Part shown: positions 46,901 to 56,234 of the stretch, one piece after another
Layout of the letters: each line of letters starts with the position of its first letter
Position numbering within the stretch: position 1 is the stretch's first letter
DNA from: Candidatus Fraserbacteria bacterium
GTDB lineage: Bacteria > Bipolaricaulota > Bipolaricaulia > RBG-16-55-9
Assembly (NCBI GenBank): GCA_037442925.1
Contig: JBBIPG010000002.1
Span: 5,176 to 69,175, forward strand
Direction: 5' to 3'
DNA: 64,000 nt
Translations under genes and position numbers: made by a program
Notes under the pieces: model-generated
Told to the model about the DNA's origin: nothing
Database searches by the model: none
What the model saw: the letters and a program-made list of their open reading frames with translations, nothing else

Positions 46901-47521
46901 TCGCGACCTGTAGCAGCCAATGTCCAGAAAGTGCTCGAAGCTGCTCCGGAGACTGGGCTGCTACGAGCCGCTCTGGAGACAGACTACTTCCTGGACACCG
47001 TGGTGACAGTGGAGACGGTGAGCAACACTGGGAAAGATCGCTATGAGCGCGTCTATTGCTTGACTCTTGCTGACATCCACTGCTTCTTCGCCAACACCAT
47101 CCTGATCAAGAACTGCGGGTGCTTCGAGTGCATCGTTGCTGTGTTGCCTGAGACCAACGGGGTGATGGTCGCCAGCCGCGAATATCAGGGTGAGACGCCC
47201 ATCGGCATGACCTTCTCGACGATGGCCGGCGAGGTCGGCGGCGGGGTGCAGACGCCGGGCTTTTTGGGCGTGGGCAAGCTCTATCTGACGAGCGAAAAAT
47301 TTATCAGCGCTGAGGGCGGGATCAGGAGATTAGTGTGGATGCCTAGCGAGCTTAAAGAAGAGATCAAAGAGAGACTCCAAAAGCGCTTGGAGGAGATCGG
47401 GATGCCCGAACTCTTCGACAAGATCGCCACTGAAAAAGACGCCACGACGACGGACGAGTTGATGGCATTCTTGCAGAAAGTGGGACACCCGGTGCTCGAG
47501 ATGGAAGCGATCATCGCCTAA
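43922..47521 (+). CDS. acsB: Acetyl-CoA synthase (CODH/ACS beta subunit AcsB), intein-containing precursor (740-aa extein + 459-aa intein)
   Basis: N-terminal AcsB-like region (KIAFPNTAYHLPLIFALTG ... AEEIIEALKYL). A-cluster motif SIMQDPQTS|CGCFEC interrupted by the insert. Extein length matches canonical AcsB. Confidence 0.88.
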   Translation: MSKIIASAAIRGAQHYFSEAETQLKQAIATYKPEKKIAFPNTAYHLPLIFALTGLKVETLKDCEEALNHARSLLPPLPADSLWLPYLGDALDAGIATLIAEEIIEALKYLDPSYKPDPPWLGFTDDSILRTQGIKLVDGRMPGFAACVGALPTNGDAVELIRALQERSILVFIAGSSNGRSMAEQLNEEGIELGWDTYVVPYGKEMSAAVYALNFAARAAMTFGGIKPGSFEAARKILLYNKERVFAFVLALGADPNVNGNGQLLTDEKYATAAGAINFGFPVIADVNIPQILPRGICTYEHVVSGVSLDKIIQKAVEVRGLKLKLAQIPIPVPYGAGFEGERVRKENLYVEFGGKYSTAFELLRARPMDEVEDGKIELIGPDLDQAEEGGAMPLAVLVDVAGRNLKADFEPVLERRIHHFISCINGVMHIGQRDIPWVRLSKEAYEKGFRLKHYGEVLVAKFKDDFGAIVDKVQVKLVTDQAQVDQLLKEAREIYRQRDERVMGMKDEDVDTFYSCILCQSYAPNHVCIVTPQRLGLCGAYTWLDCGASYEMDPHGPNKPVTKGICLDPVLGEWQGVNEYVRVASNGNLERVSMYSIMQDPQTSCVVGETELIIDGVPTPLGEFIEQHRGGERYRDSAALTLREGKARLEPLVALQRFDAPEELIRLETKSGAQLVLTKDHELAVDRPDGMRWVRADQIKAGERLIALKHLRLPGQLPAVVELLPKDFRSRRQLPKSLSPELFYLLGLIASDGCITPRGRYERIIHFVNTDEELVQQFTGIHKELFPDCHLARKVKSAKPTTLRGRTIKPTRPCFQLSSNNSVLGLLAERLGLRVGSQGHWELGRLASLPEAHIAAFLAGVFDGDGSVRLRQYAGKWDIAEGYVCIADERAARHLQLLLRRLGIIGNLNKSGSVWKIVMHGANLRKFAEVIPAKHPEKQAVLASVRQLPGNGRLDKTQEEVLPYYVGQALAQLPACHEVLSPSTLYYYQSGRSRPVAANVQKVLEAAPETGLLRAALETDYFLDTVVTVETVSNTGKDRYERVYCLTLADIHCFFANTILIKNCGCFECIVAVLPETNGVMVASREYQGETPIGMTFSTMAGEVGGGVQTPGFLGVGKLYLTSEKFISAEGGIRRLVWMPSELKEEIKERLQKRLEEIGMPELFDKIATEKDATTTDELMAFLQKVGHPVLEMEAIIA
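45737..47113 (+). mobile_element. Intein (Hint domain + LAGLIDADG homing-endonuclease) inserted in acsB; Cys1 ... terminal Asn, +1 Cys
   Basis: Block A CVVGETELIIDG. Block B LTKDHELAV (T-x-x-H). LAGLIDADG motifs LLGLIASDGCI and FLAGVFDGDGSV. C-terminal ...FFANTILIKN followed by extein CGC. Confidence 0.8.
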
Positions 47522-47529
47522 AGGAGCTT

Positions 47530-48870
47530 GTGATGGCCAAACTCACGGGAATAGAGATCTATAAACACCTGCCCAAGACTAACTGTGGTGACTGTAATTT
47601 CCCTACGTGTATGGCCTTCGCCATGCAAGTGGCCGCCAAGAAAGTGGGTCTCGAGCAGTGCCCACATGTCTCAGCCGAGGCGAAAGCGGCCCTTTCCGAA
47701 GCCCAAGCCCCACCGATGCGTGTGGTCACGATCGGGGCGGGAGATCGTGCGCTCAAAGTCGGCGGCGAGACGGTGTTGTTCCGACACGACGAGAAATTCC
47801 ATCGCCCGACGGTCATTGCCATTCGCGTGCGGGATGATCTGCCGGAAGCGGAGCTGGCTCAGCGTATCGAGAAGATCAATCAGATCCAGTTCGTGCGCGT
47901 CGGACAGAAGATCGCCGTCAATGCCATCGCCGTCGAGCAAACGAACAGTGGGAAGTTTGTGCCCTCCGTGAAGCTTGTCAGCGAAAGATCCCCACTCGTG
48001 CTCATCTTGATCAGCTCTGATCCTCGGGCTCTCACGGCTGCTCTTGAGATCTGTGCGGATCGACGCCCATTGATCCACGCGGCGACAAAAGAGAACTGTA
48101 AAGAACTGGCAGCGCTGGCAAAGCAGTTCAACTGCCCGTTGGCCGTCCGTGCCACATCTCTTGAAGAGCTGGCTGAACTTACTCACGAGATGAAAGCCTC
48201 AGGCGTCGAGGATCTCGTCCTGGACCCGAACGTACAGGGAATGGCTGAGGGACTGACCAAACTGACACAACTCCGTCGTCTGGCCCTAGAGAAGACGTTT
48301 AGACCCTTAGGATTTCCCACCATGACGATCGTTCCTGGCAGTGACCCGTTCATGGATACGGCTCAGGCGGCGGCGTACATCTGCAAGTACGCCAGCATCA
48401 TCGTGATGGATGGCTGCGAACGCTGGCAGCTGTTGCCCATTTTGACAGCGCGCCAGAACATCTACACCGACCCGCAAGTGCCCAACGCTGTCGAGGCCAA
48501 GCTCTACAAAGTGGGCGAGCCAGGATCTCAATCACCCGTACTGGTTACCACAAACTTCGCGCTCACCTACTTCACCGTCGAAGGCGAAGTGGAGAACAGC
48601 CGCGTCCCGGCCTACATCGCCGTGGTGGATACCGGGGGATTGGGTGTGCTCAATGCCTACGCAGACGACAAGCTCACAGCGGAGGGAATCGTCAAGACCG
48701 TCAAGGCCTCTGGAATCATGGATCAAGTTTCCCATAAGAAACTCGTCATCCCCGGATTAGTCGCCGTGCTCAAGGGCGAGATCGAGGACGAAGGAGGCTG
48801 GGAAGTGTTAGTTGGTCCGGAGGAAGCAGCGGGCTTGCCCGCCTACTTGCGAAACGATTGGAAAGCGTAA
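47530..48870 (+). CDS. acsC: Corrinoid iron-sulfur protein large subunit (AcsC/CdhE)
   Basis: N-terminal [4Fe-4S] motif KTNCGDCNFPTCMAFAM. 446 aa. Confidence 0.9.
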   Translation: MMAKLTGIEIYKHLPKTNCGDCNFPTCMAFAMQVAAKKVGLEQCPHVSAEAKAALSEAQAPPMRVVTIGAGDRALKVGGETVLFRHDEKFHRPTVIAIRVRDDLPEAELAQRIEKINQIQFVRVGQKIAVNAIAVEQTNSGKFVPSVKLVSERSPLVLILISSDPRALTAALEICADRRPLIHAATKENCKELAALAKQFNCPLAVRATSLEELAELTHEMKASGVEDLVLDPNVQGMAEGLTKLTQLRRLALEKTFRPLGFPTMTIVPGSDPFMDTAQAAAYICKYASIIVMDGCERWQLLPILTARQNIYTDPQVPNAVEAKLYKVGEPGSQSPVLVTTNFALTYFTVEGEVENSRVPAYIAVVDTGGLGVLNAYADDKLTAEGIVKTVKASGIMDQVSHKKLVIPGLVAVLKGEIEDEGGWEVLVGPEEAAGLPAYLRNDWKA

Positions 48871-48886
48871 AGGCAGGGGACTCGAG

Positions 48887-50797
48887 ATGCCCAAAGTCGT
48901 CTTTCACCCAGATGACGTGAGCGTCGAAGTCGAGCGCGGGGTGACGCTGCAAGCCGCCGCGAAGGCAGCCGGTGTTGAGCTGGCCAGCATCTGCGGCGGG
49001 GATGGCATCTGCGGTCGCTGCCGAGTGATCGTGCGAGACGGCAACATCCAGGCTTCTCCCACTACCTTGCTCAGCCGCGACGAGATCCAAAGAGGGTATG
49101 TACTCGCGTGCCAGACGAAGATCACCGGAGACGTCGAAATCGAAGTGCCCCCAGAAACACGCACGGAAGAGGGGCAGATTCTCATCGACATCGACGCCCA
49201 ACGCTTCCGGGCCCTCTATCAGGAGGAGAAGATCTCTTTTCGGCATGAGCCCTTGGTGCAAAAGCTCTACGCGGAGTTGCCTCGGCCCACGCTGCAAGAT
49301 AATCTGGCGGACCACCAGCGGCTCTACCGCGAAATCCGCCGCCACAAGAACTACCAGATCATGCAGACGGGCCTCAAGGTCTTACAGACTCATCCCAAGC
49401 TCTTTCGCACGAGTCGCTGGAAGATCACGGCTACCCTGGGTATGCGCGGCGGGACCATCGAAGTGCTCCAAGTCGAGGGCGGCAATACCGCAGAGCGCAA
49501 CTACGGCATCGCCGTGGACGTGGGAACTTCCACCGTCGTCGCTCACTTGCTCGATCTGAATACGGGCAAGACGGTGGATGCCGAAGCCATGTACAACTCA
49601 CAGCGTGCGTACGGCGAAGAAGTGACACGGCGCATCATCTATGCAGAACGCGGCGGACTGGACCAGCTGCAAAAGACAGTCGTCAACGATATCAACAACT
49701 TGATCACGGCACTTGTGGCGCGCAACCAGATTGCACAACACGACTGTCTCACGGTTCTTTGCGCCGGCAACACGACGATGATGCATCTCGTATTGGGTCT
49801 GGACCCCACCTACATCCGCCGCGATCCCTACGTTTCCTGTTCGACGGCGCCTCCGCCGGTGCGAGCGGCCGAAGTGGGAATTCAGATCAACCCTCGCGGG
49901 CTTCTGTACTGCCTGCCGGCCATCGGGGGCTGGGTGGGCGGAGATGTGACTGGTGGGATTCTGGCGACGGGACTTCACGAGTCGGATGAGACCGTGATGC
50001 TGATCGATGTCGGCACCAACGGAGAGATCGTCATCGGCAATAGAGAGTGGATGGTGGCCTGTTCGGCCTCCGCCGGTCCGGCCTTTGAGGGCTCGGGAGT
50101 GCAGTGCGGCATGAAAGCAAGCCGCGGCGCGATTGAGCGCGTACAGATCTCATCGGACGGAAACGTGCTCTATAAGAGTGTGGGCAACGTCAAACCCAAA
50201 GGCATCTGTGGCTCGGGGCTCATCGATCTGGTCGCGGCGCTTTTCACAGCTGATCTCATTGATCGGTCCGGAGCGCTGCAGCCGGAAGCCAGCCCCAGAG
50301 TCCGTGAGCGCAACGGCTTGCTCGAGTTCGTTGTCGTTCCCACCCAGCGCTCTGGCACCGGCAAGGATATCGTCATCACTCAAGCCGACATCGAGAATCT
50401 ACTGAGTGCCAAAGCCGCCATCTACGCCGGGGCACACATCTTAATCAAATCGCTCGATCTCGACTTCAACGATATCGAAAGAGTCTTTTTAGCCGGAGGC
50501 TTCGGGAACTATCTGGACCGCGAGAAGGCGATCACGATTGGCCTGATTCCCGATCTACCCCTGGAAAAGATTCGATTTGTCGGTAACACGTCCATCATCG
50601 GGGCCAAACTGGCGCTGCTCTCTCAAGAAGCGTTCGAGCGCAGCTACGAGATCGCGAGGAACGTGACGTATTATGATCTCATTAGCTTTCCGCACTATTA
50701 CGAGGAGTTTCTCGCGGCGAAATTCCTGCCGCATACGGAGCTGGAACGTTTTCCATCTGTGCAGGAGAGACTGAAATCAAAAGCGAGGATCTTCTAG
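48887..50797 (+). CDS. Reductive activator of CoFeSP (RACo/AcsV): N-terminal [2Fe-2S] ferredoxin + ASKHA ATPase
   Basis: CGGDGICGRCRV plant-type ferredoxin motif. About 636 aa. Start ATG 48887 with SD. Confidence 0.8.
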   Translation: MPKVVFHPDDVSVEVERGVTLQAAAKAAGVELASICGGDGICGRCRVIVRDGNIQASPTTLLSRDEIQRGYVLACQTKITGDVEIEVPPETRTEEGQILIDIDAQRFRALYQEEKISFRHEPLVQKLYAELPRPTLQDNLADHQRLYREIRRHKNYQIMQTGLKVLQTHPKLFRTSRWKITATLGMRGGTIEVLQVEGGNTAERNYGIAVDVGTSTVVAHLLDLNTGKTVDAEAMYNSQRAYGEEVTRRIIYAERGGLDQLQKTVVNDINNLITALVARNQIAQHDCLTVLCAGNTTMMHLVLGLDPTYIRRDPYVSCSTAPPPVRAAEVGIQINPRGLLYCLPAIGGWVGGDVTGGILATGLHESDETVMLIDVGTNGEIVIGNREWMVACSASAGPAFEGSGVQCGMKASRGAIERVQISSDGNVLYKSVGNVKPKGICGSGLIDLVAALFTADLIDRSGALQPEASPRVRERNGLLEFVVVPTQRSGTGKDIVITQADIENLLSAKAAIYAGAHILIKSLDLDFNDIERVFLAGGFGNYLDREKAITIGLIPDLPLEKIRFVGNTSIIGAKLALLSQEAFERSYEIARNVTYYDLISFPHYYEEFLAAKFLPHTELERFPSVQERLKSKARIF

Positions 50798-51580
50798 ATG
50801 GCTTTCACCATTGGGGTTGCCGGTAAAGGCGGCGTGGGGAAGACGACCCTGGCAGGTTTGATCGCACGATTGCTGTTGGAGCGCGGCGATGGGCCCGTTT
50901 TGGCGATTGACGCCGATCCCAACACCAACTTTCATCAAGTTCTGGGGCTCCACGTGGAACAGACCATCGGCGAACTGCGCGAAGAGACTCTCAAGAAAAT
51001 AAAAGACTTACCAGCTGGCATCTCCAAGGATCAGTATCTCGAGTACGGCCTGCACCAGTGTCTCGTCGAGGACAATGGCATCGATCTATTGGCCATGGGA
51101 CGAGGCGAGGGTCCCTTCTGCTACTGTGCCGTCAACCACGTACTGCGACGCTACATGGATCTTCTGGCCAAGAACTACAAGTACATCGTCATGGACAACG
51201 AGGCTGGCCTGGAACATCTCTCACGACGAACCACACAAGATGTTGATGTCTTGCTCATAGTGAGCGAATGCTTTCCCGTGGCACTTCAGGCTGCCGCCAG
51301 AATCAGCAAGATCGCCGATGAACTCAAATTACGCATCGGTCAGAGATTCCTCGTGCTAAACCATGTGAACGACGGAACCCTGTCTGGGCCGGCCCAGGAA
51401 GCTCTACAAGAGAGCATTGGGCAGGCGGGGCTCATGCTCATCGGGGAGATCCCCCGCGATGAGGCGATTCGGCGCCTCAGCGTGGAAGGCAAACCGCTGA
51501 GCGAACTACCCGCCTCCTCGCCGGCCAAGTCAGCCGTGAAGGCGATTCTTGAAAGAGTGCTGGAGAAAGGAGGCCCCTGA
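50798..51580 (+). CDS. acsF: AcsF/CooC-type Ni-insertion ATPase (second copy)
   Basis: MAFTIGVAGKGGVGKTT Walker A. CxC motif GPFCYCAV. Confidence 0.85.
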   Translation: MAFTIGVAGKGGVGKTTLAGLIARLLLERGDGPVLAIDADPNTNFHQVLGLHVEQTIGELREETLKKIKDLPAGISKDQYLEYGLHQCLVEDNGIDLLAMGRGEGPFCYCAVNHVLRRYMDLLAKNYKYIVMDNEAGLEHLSRRTTQDVDVLLIVSECFPVALQAAARISKIADELKLRIGQRFLVLNHVNDGTLSGPAQEALQESIGQAGLMLIGEIPRDEAIRRLSVEGKPLSELPASSPAKSAVKAILERVLEKGGP

Positions 51581-52560
51581 TGCCGGTAGCCATTCCCGAT
51601 GTGAAGAAGACTTGGACGAACGCGATCAACGTGGTGACACTGGGGGCCACGCGCGAAGAGGGGGGGACCCGCACGTCGAAGGTGACGGTAGGCGGCGCGA
51701 CTTCGCTCTCCTTCCATCATTTTGAGGGCACGATGCCCCACCCACCTGCGATCGCCATGGAGGTCTGGGATATTGCCCCCACCGACTGGCCCCAGATTCT
51801 GACAGAACCCTTCGCGGATGTGCTGAACGACCCCGGGCTCTGGGCCAAAAAGTGCGTCGAGCAGTACGGTGCCGAGTTGATCTGTCTGCGTCTTATGGGG
51901 TGTGATCCCATTCGTGGCAATCGCGGCCCTCAAGAGGCCGTGCCAGCGGTGAAGCGAGTACTCGCGTCCGTGGGTGTGCCACTCATCATTTGGGGTACGG
52001 GCAACGATGAGAAAGATAATGAGATCTTCCCCGCTGTGGCGGAAGCCGCAGCGGGTGAGAATTGCTTATTAGGCACGATCACGGAAGACAACTACAAGAC
52101 GCTCGTTGCCGTCTGCACGGCGTACAAACATAAGCTGATCGCCGAGTCGCCTTGTGATGTCAACATTGCGAAGCAAGTGAACATCCTTGCCACAGATATG
52201 GGCTTCAAGCCGGAAGACATAGTGATCTATCCCACGAGCGCGGCATTGGGCTATGGACTCGAATACGTCTATTCCATCATGGAGCGGGCCAGGCTCGCGG
52301 CGTTACGCGGCGACAAGATGCTCTCGCAACCCATGATCTGTGATATTGGCATTGAGACATGGGGCGTGAAAGAAGCCAAGGCAAGTGAGCAAGAACTGCC
52401 CGAATGGGGTGAGCAGAAGGAGCGCGCGCCGCTGTGGGAAGCGACAACGGCATACATCTATTTGCTGACGGGGGCAGATCTTCTTGTGCTGCGCCATCCA
52501 CGGGCTGTCGCCAGCGTGCGGCAAGCGATCCAGCAACTCATGGGAGCCGGAGGCGGTTAG
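51580..52560 (+). CDS. acsD: Corrinoid iron-sulfur protein small subunit (AcsD/CdhD)
   Basis: TIM-barrel CFeSP small-subunit-like sequence. 326 aa. Context between acsF and acsE. Confidence 0.85.
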   Translation: MPVAIPDVKKTWTNAINVVTLGATREEGGTRTSKVTVGGATSLSFHHFEGTMPHPPAIAMEVWDIAPTDWPQILTEPFADVLNDPGLWAKKCVEQYGAELICLRLMGCDPIRGNRGPQEAVPAVKRVLASVGVPLIIWGTGNDEKDNEIFPAVAEAAAGENCLLGTITEDNYKTLVAVCTAYKHKLIAESPCDVNIAKQVNILATDMGFKPEDIVIYPTSAALGYGLEYVYSIMERARLAALRGDKMLSQPMICDIGIETWGVKEAKASEQELPEWGEQKERAPLWEATTAYIYLLTGADLLVLRHPRAVASVRQAIQQLMGAGGG

Positions 52561-52561
52561 C

Positions 52562-53365
52562 ATGATCCTCATTGGCGAGCGAATCAACGGCTCTTTCAAA
52601 GACGTCGGGGCTGCCATCAAAGAGAGGAACAAAGAACCCATTCAAGACTGGGCAAAGAAGCAGACCGAAGCGGGAGCGGATTATCTCGATGTCAACTTGG
52701 GCGCGGTATCGAAGAATCCCGCTGACTTCGCCTGGCTCATTCAGACCGTTTGTGAAGCTGTGCCCACGCCGCTTTCGATCGATTCGCTCAAGCTCGATCT
52801 GGTGCGCGCGGGACTGGAAGCTTATAGAGAATTCGGAGGCAGGCGACCTGTCATTATCAACAGCACGACCGCCGAAGAGAGCAAACTGATGCCGTTAGTC
52901 GAGTTGGCGGTTCAGTACAACTCAGGTCTCATTGGCGTCGTGATGGATGAGCGTGGCAGCCCGCAAGATATTGACCGACGAGTTGAGCTGGGAGCGAAGA
53001 TCTTTGCCATCGCGAGCGAAGCGGGTCTACCTCCGGAACGAGTCTATCTCGACCCCATCGTCATGCCGGTCAAGTTTATGCAAGAGCAGGGCAAGAACGT
53101 CCTAGAAGCCATAAGGCAGTTCGCGATGATCTCCGACCCTCCGCCGCATATCTCTATCGGGCTCAGTAATATCTGCTCCAAAGCCCAAGAACGCTCGCTC
53201 ATCACTCGGACGTTTCTCGTCATGGCCATGGCGGCTGGCTGCGATGCCGCAATCTGCAATGTGATGGACGCGGAACTCGTAAACGCTGTAGCCACAGCGG
53301 AGTTGATTCTCAACAAAGAAATATACAGCGACAGCTACTTGAAGGCATATCGAAAGCGGGGCTGA
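52562..53365 (+). CDS. acsE: Methyltetrahydrofolate:corrinoid iron-sulfur protein methyltransferase (AcsE/MeTr, pterin-binding)
   Basis: MILIGERINGSFKDV N-terminus typical of MeTr. 267 aa. Confidence 0.85.
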   Translation: MILIGERINGSFKDVGAAIKERNKEPIQDWAKKQTEAGADYLDVNLGAVSKNPADFAWLIQTVCEAVPTPLSIDSLKLDLVRAGLEAYREFGGRRPVIINSTTAEESKLMPLVELAVQYNSGLIGVVMDERGSPQDIDRRVELGAKIFAIASEAGLPPERVYLDPIVMPVKFMQEQGKNVLEAIRQFAMISDPPPHISIGLSNICSKAQERSLITRTFLVMAMAAGCDAAICNVMDAELVNAVATAELILNKEIYSDSYLKAYRKRG

Positions 53366-53366
53366 A

Positions 53367-54266
53367 ATGAGACTTACAGGTGTACATCTGCTCCTGACGT
53401 ACGAGTGCAATCTCGAGTGCGATCATTGCTTCGTCTGGGGCAGTCCCTGGCAACGTGGCACGATGACTCTCAAGACCATCCGTGAGATCCTACAGCAAGC
53501 TAAGGATCTTGGAACGGTAGAGTGGATCTACTTTGAGGGTGGCGAACCCTTTCTCTACTACGCCACTCTGCTCAAAGGGGTGCAAGTGGCTGCACGCCTG
53601 GGCTTTCAAGTGGGGATCGTATCGAATGGCTACTGGGCCACCGATGCGCAAGATGCTCTAGAGTGGCTAAGACCCTTCGCGGGTCTTGTGCAAGACTTAT
53701 CGATCAGTAGCGACCTCTATCACTGGAAGGAGAGCCTCAGCCAGCAAGCCAAGCACATCTGCTCCGCGGCGGGAAAGCTAGACATCCCCATGCAAATCCT
53801 CCACATCGCGGCACCCGAAGTCGCGGATGCCCCATCCGCGGTGGGACAACTTCCGCCGGGTACGTCGAAGGTCATGTATCGTGGGCGTGCGGCAGAGAAG
53901 TTGGCAAACAAGACTCCACGCCGACCTTGGACAGAGTTCACGGCTTGTACGCATGAGGACCTCCGTGAGCCAGGGCGGGTACACATCGACCCCTTTGGGA
54001 ATGTCCACATCTGCCAGGGGATCGCGCTGGGTAACGTCTACCAAACACCGCTGAGGAGCATGTGCAGGAAGTACGATCCGGATACTCACCCGATTGCCGG
54101 TCCGTTGCTTTCGGGCGGTCCCGCAGAGCTTGTGCGCCGCTACAAGCTGGCTCACGAAGCACGATGTGCCGATTCATGCCATCTGTGCTATGAGGCCCGT
54201 CGGGCTCTGCGCAGTCGCTTTCCGGATGTCCTAAAACCGGATCAGATGTATGGAGTGGTGCCGTGA
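53367..54266 (+). CDS. Radical SAM protein of unknown function embedded in the acs operon (CxxxCxxC + C-terminal Cys-rich auxiliary region)
   Basis: LTYECNLECDHCF radical-SAM motif. C-terminal CTHE...HICQG...CRKY...CADSCHLC. 2-nt gap after acsE. Confidence 0.7.
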   Translation: MRLTGVHLLLTYECNLECDHCFVWGSPWQRGTMTLKTIREILQQAKDLGTVEWIYFEGGEPFLYYATLLKGVQVAARLGFQVGIVSNGYWATDAQDALEWLRPFAGLVQDLSISSDLYHWKESLSQQAKHICSAAGKLDIPMQILHIAAPEVADAPSAVGQLPPGTSKVMYRGRAAEKLANKTPRRPWTEFTACTHEDLREPGRVHIDPFGNVHICQGIALGNVYQTPLRSMCRKYDPDTHPIAGPLLSGGPAELVRRYKLAHEARCADSCHLCYEARRALRSRFPDVLKPDQMYGVVP

Positions 54267-54324
54267 ACGTGCTAGGTACAGCAGTCGAAAGACTCGCGTT
54301 GACCATCTTGGGGAAGGGGGAGTC

Positions 54325-56232
54325 ATGAAAGAAAAAAGCGTAGATCGAGCCTCACAAGAGATGCTCGAGCACGCAAAGCAAGAGCATCTGGAGACAGCTT
54401 GGGATCGCTGGGAACTTCAACAACCCCAGTGCGGCTTCGGACAACTGGGTTTATGTTGCCGGATCTGCAATATGGGTCCGTGTCGCATTGACCCGTTTGG
54501 GAGCGGACCCAAGCGCGGCGTATGTGGTGCTGACGCCGATACGTTCGTTGCTCGCCATCTAACCCGCATGATCGCTGCCGGGACGGCAGCGCACTCGGAC
54601 CACGGGCGCGATGTGGCACATACGCTGCTGCTGGCTGCGGAGGGCCATCGCGGCTATCGCATCAAAGATCCACGGAAGCTGCGTAAAGTCGCTGCCGAGT
54701 TTGGCATTGGGGCAGACACGAAGAGCGATGCAGAGATTGCCAAGGCGTTGGCAGAAAAGGCGTTGGCGGAGTTCGGCCAACAAGAGGGAGAACTGACACT
54801 AACTCGACGTGCTCCCAAGGCGCGGCAAGAGCTCTGGCGCAAGCTAGGAATCATGCCGCGCGGGATCGACCGCGAAGTCGTGGAGATGATGCACCGCACG
54901 ACGATGGGGGTAGACACAGATTATAAGAACATCTTGCTCCAAGGCATGAGGACATCGTTGGCTGATGGCTGGGGTGGCTCGATGCTCGCCACAGACATTC
55001 AAGACATTCTCTTTGGGACTCCAATGCCTCTACGTTCCCGCGTGAATCTGGGAGTGCTAAAGAAGGACGAGGTCAACGTCGTCGTTCATGGCCACGAACC
55101 CATCTTGTCAGAGATGCTCGTGGTAGCCAGCCGTGACCCAGAGCTGGTGAAGTTAGCTCAGCAAAAGGGCGCTCGCGGAATCAATATCACCGGCATCTGC
55201 TGCACGGCCAATGAGATTCTCATGCGCCACGGCATCCCGATTGCAGGCAACTTCTTGCAGCAGGAGCTGGCACTGGCCACGGGAGCCGTGGATGCCATGA
55301 TTGTGGACGTGCAATGTGTCATGCCCGCTCTGGCGAGTCTCGCTCAGTGCTTCCACACAAAGCTCATTGCCACCTCACCCAAGGCGAAATTCCCCAATAC
55401 AGACTTTGTGGAGTTCCGCGAGGAACGCGCCATTGAGGCAGCGAAAGAGATCATCCAGCGCGCGATAGAGAACTACCCGAATCGCGAGCCGCGTCGCATG
55501 CAGATCCCGGATGCCTCGATGGATCTGATCGCTGGCTTCACTTCTGAGTCTGTATTTCGATTCTTAGGCGGACGCTATCGAGCTACCTACCGGCCGCTTA
55601 ACGATGCCATCATGGACGGGAGGCTCCGCGGAGCCGTCGGCGTCGTCGGCTGCAACAACCCCAATATCACCCATGACTGGGGGCACCTGACGCTCACCAA
55701 AGAACTCCTGAAGAACGATGTACTAGTCGTGTCAAGTGGCTGCTCAGCCATCGCGGATGCCAAGTTCGGCCTGCTTAGGCCGGAGGCGGCCCACAATTAC
55801 GCCGGACCCGGCTTGCGTGAGATCTGCGAGACGGTAGGCATACCGCCGGTGCTCCACGTGGGAGCCTGCGTGGATAACTCACGCATCTTGACGACGCTGA
55901 TTGAGATCGTGGGTGAGGGTGGCTTAGGAGACGACTTCGCGAAACTGCCTGTGGCGGGATCTGCACCTGAGTGGATGAGCGAAAAGGCCGTGGCCATCGG
56001 GTTCTATTTCGTCGCTTCCGGAGCTCTGGTGCACTTTGGGACACCCCAGCCGATCTACGGCAGCAAGAACGTGACAGAGTTCTTGACGAAAGATGTCGAG
56101 ACGCTTGTGGGTGGCAAGTTCGCCTTCGAGCCTGATCCACAAAAGGCGGCCAAACTGATCCTCGAGCATCTAGATCGCAAGCGGGCCGACTTGAAGCTTC
56201 GAGAACCGATGTATACTCCTGTGTACGCGTAG
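54325..56232 (+). CDS. cooS: Ni-dependent CO dehydrogenase catalytic subunit (CooS/AcsA)
   Basis: QCGFGQLGLCCRICNMGPCRI D-cluster/B-cluster motif. 635 aa. ATG 54325 with strong SD. Confidence 0.92.
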   Translation: MKEKSVDRASQEMLEHAKQEHLETAWDRWELQQPQCGFGQLGLCCRICNMGPCRIDPFGSGPKRGVCGADADTFVARHLTRMIAAGTAAHSDHGRDVAHTLLLAAEGHRGYRIKDPRKLRKVAAEFGIGADTKSDAEIAKALAEKALAEFGQQEGELTLTRRAPKARQELWRKLGIMPRGIDREVVEMMHRTTMGVDTDYKNILLQGMRTSLADGWGGSMLATDIQDILFGTPMPLRSRVNLGVLKKDEVNVVVHGHEPILSEMLVVASRDPELVKLAQQKGARGINITGICCTANEILMRHGIPIAGNFLQQELALATGAVDAMIVDVQCVMPALASLAQCFHTKLIATSPKAKFPNTDFVEFREERAIEAAKEIIQRAIENYPNREPRRMQIPDASMDLIAGFTSESVFRFLGGRYRATYRPLNDAIMDGRLRGAVGVVGCNNPNITHDWGHLTLTKELLKNDVLVVSSGCSAIADAKFGLLRPEAAHNYAGPGLREICETVGIPPVLHVGACVDNSRILTTLIEIVGEGGLGDDFAKLPVAGSAPEWMSEKAVAIGFYFVASGALVHFGTPQPIYGSKNVTEFLTKDVETLVGGKFAFEPDPQKAAKLILEHLDRKRADLKLREPMYTPVYA

Positions 56233-56234
56233 CT

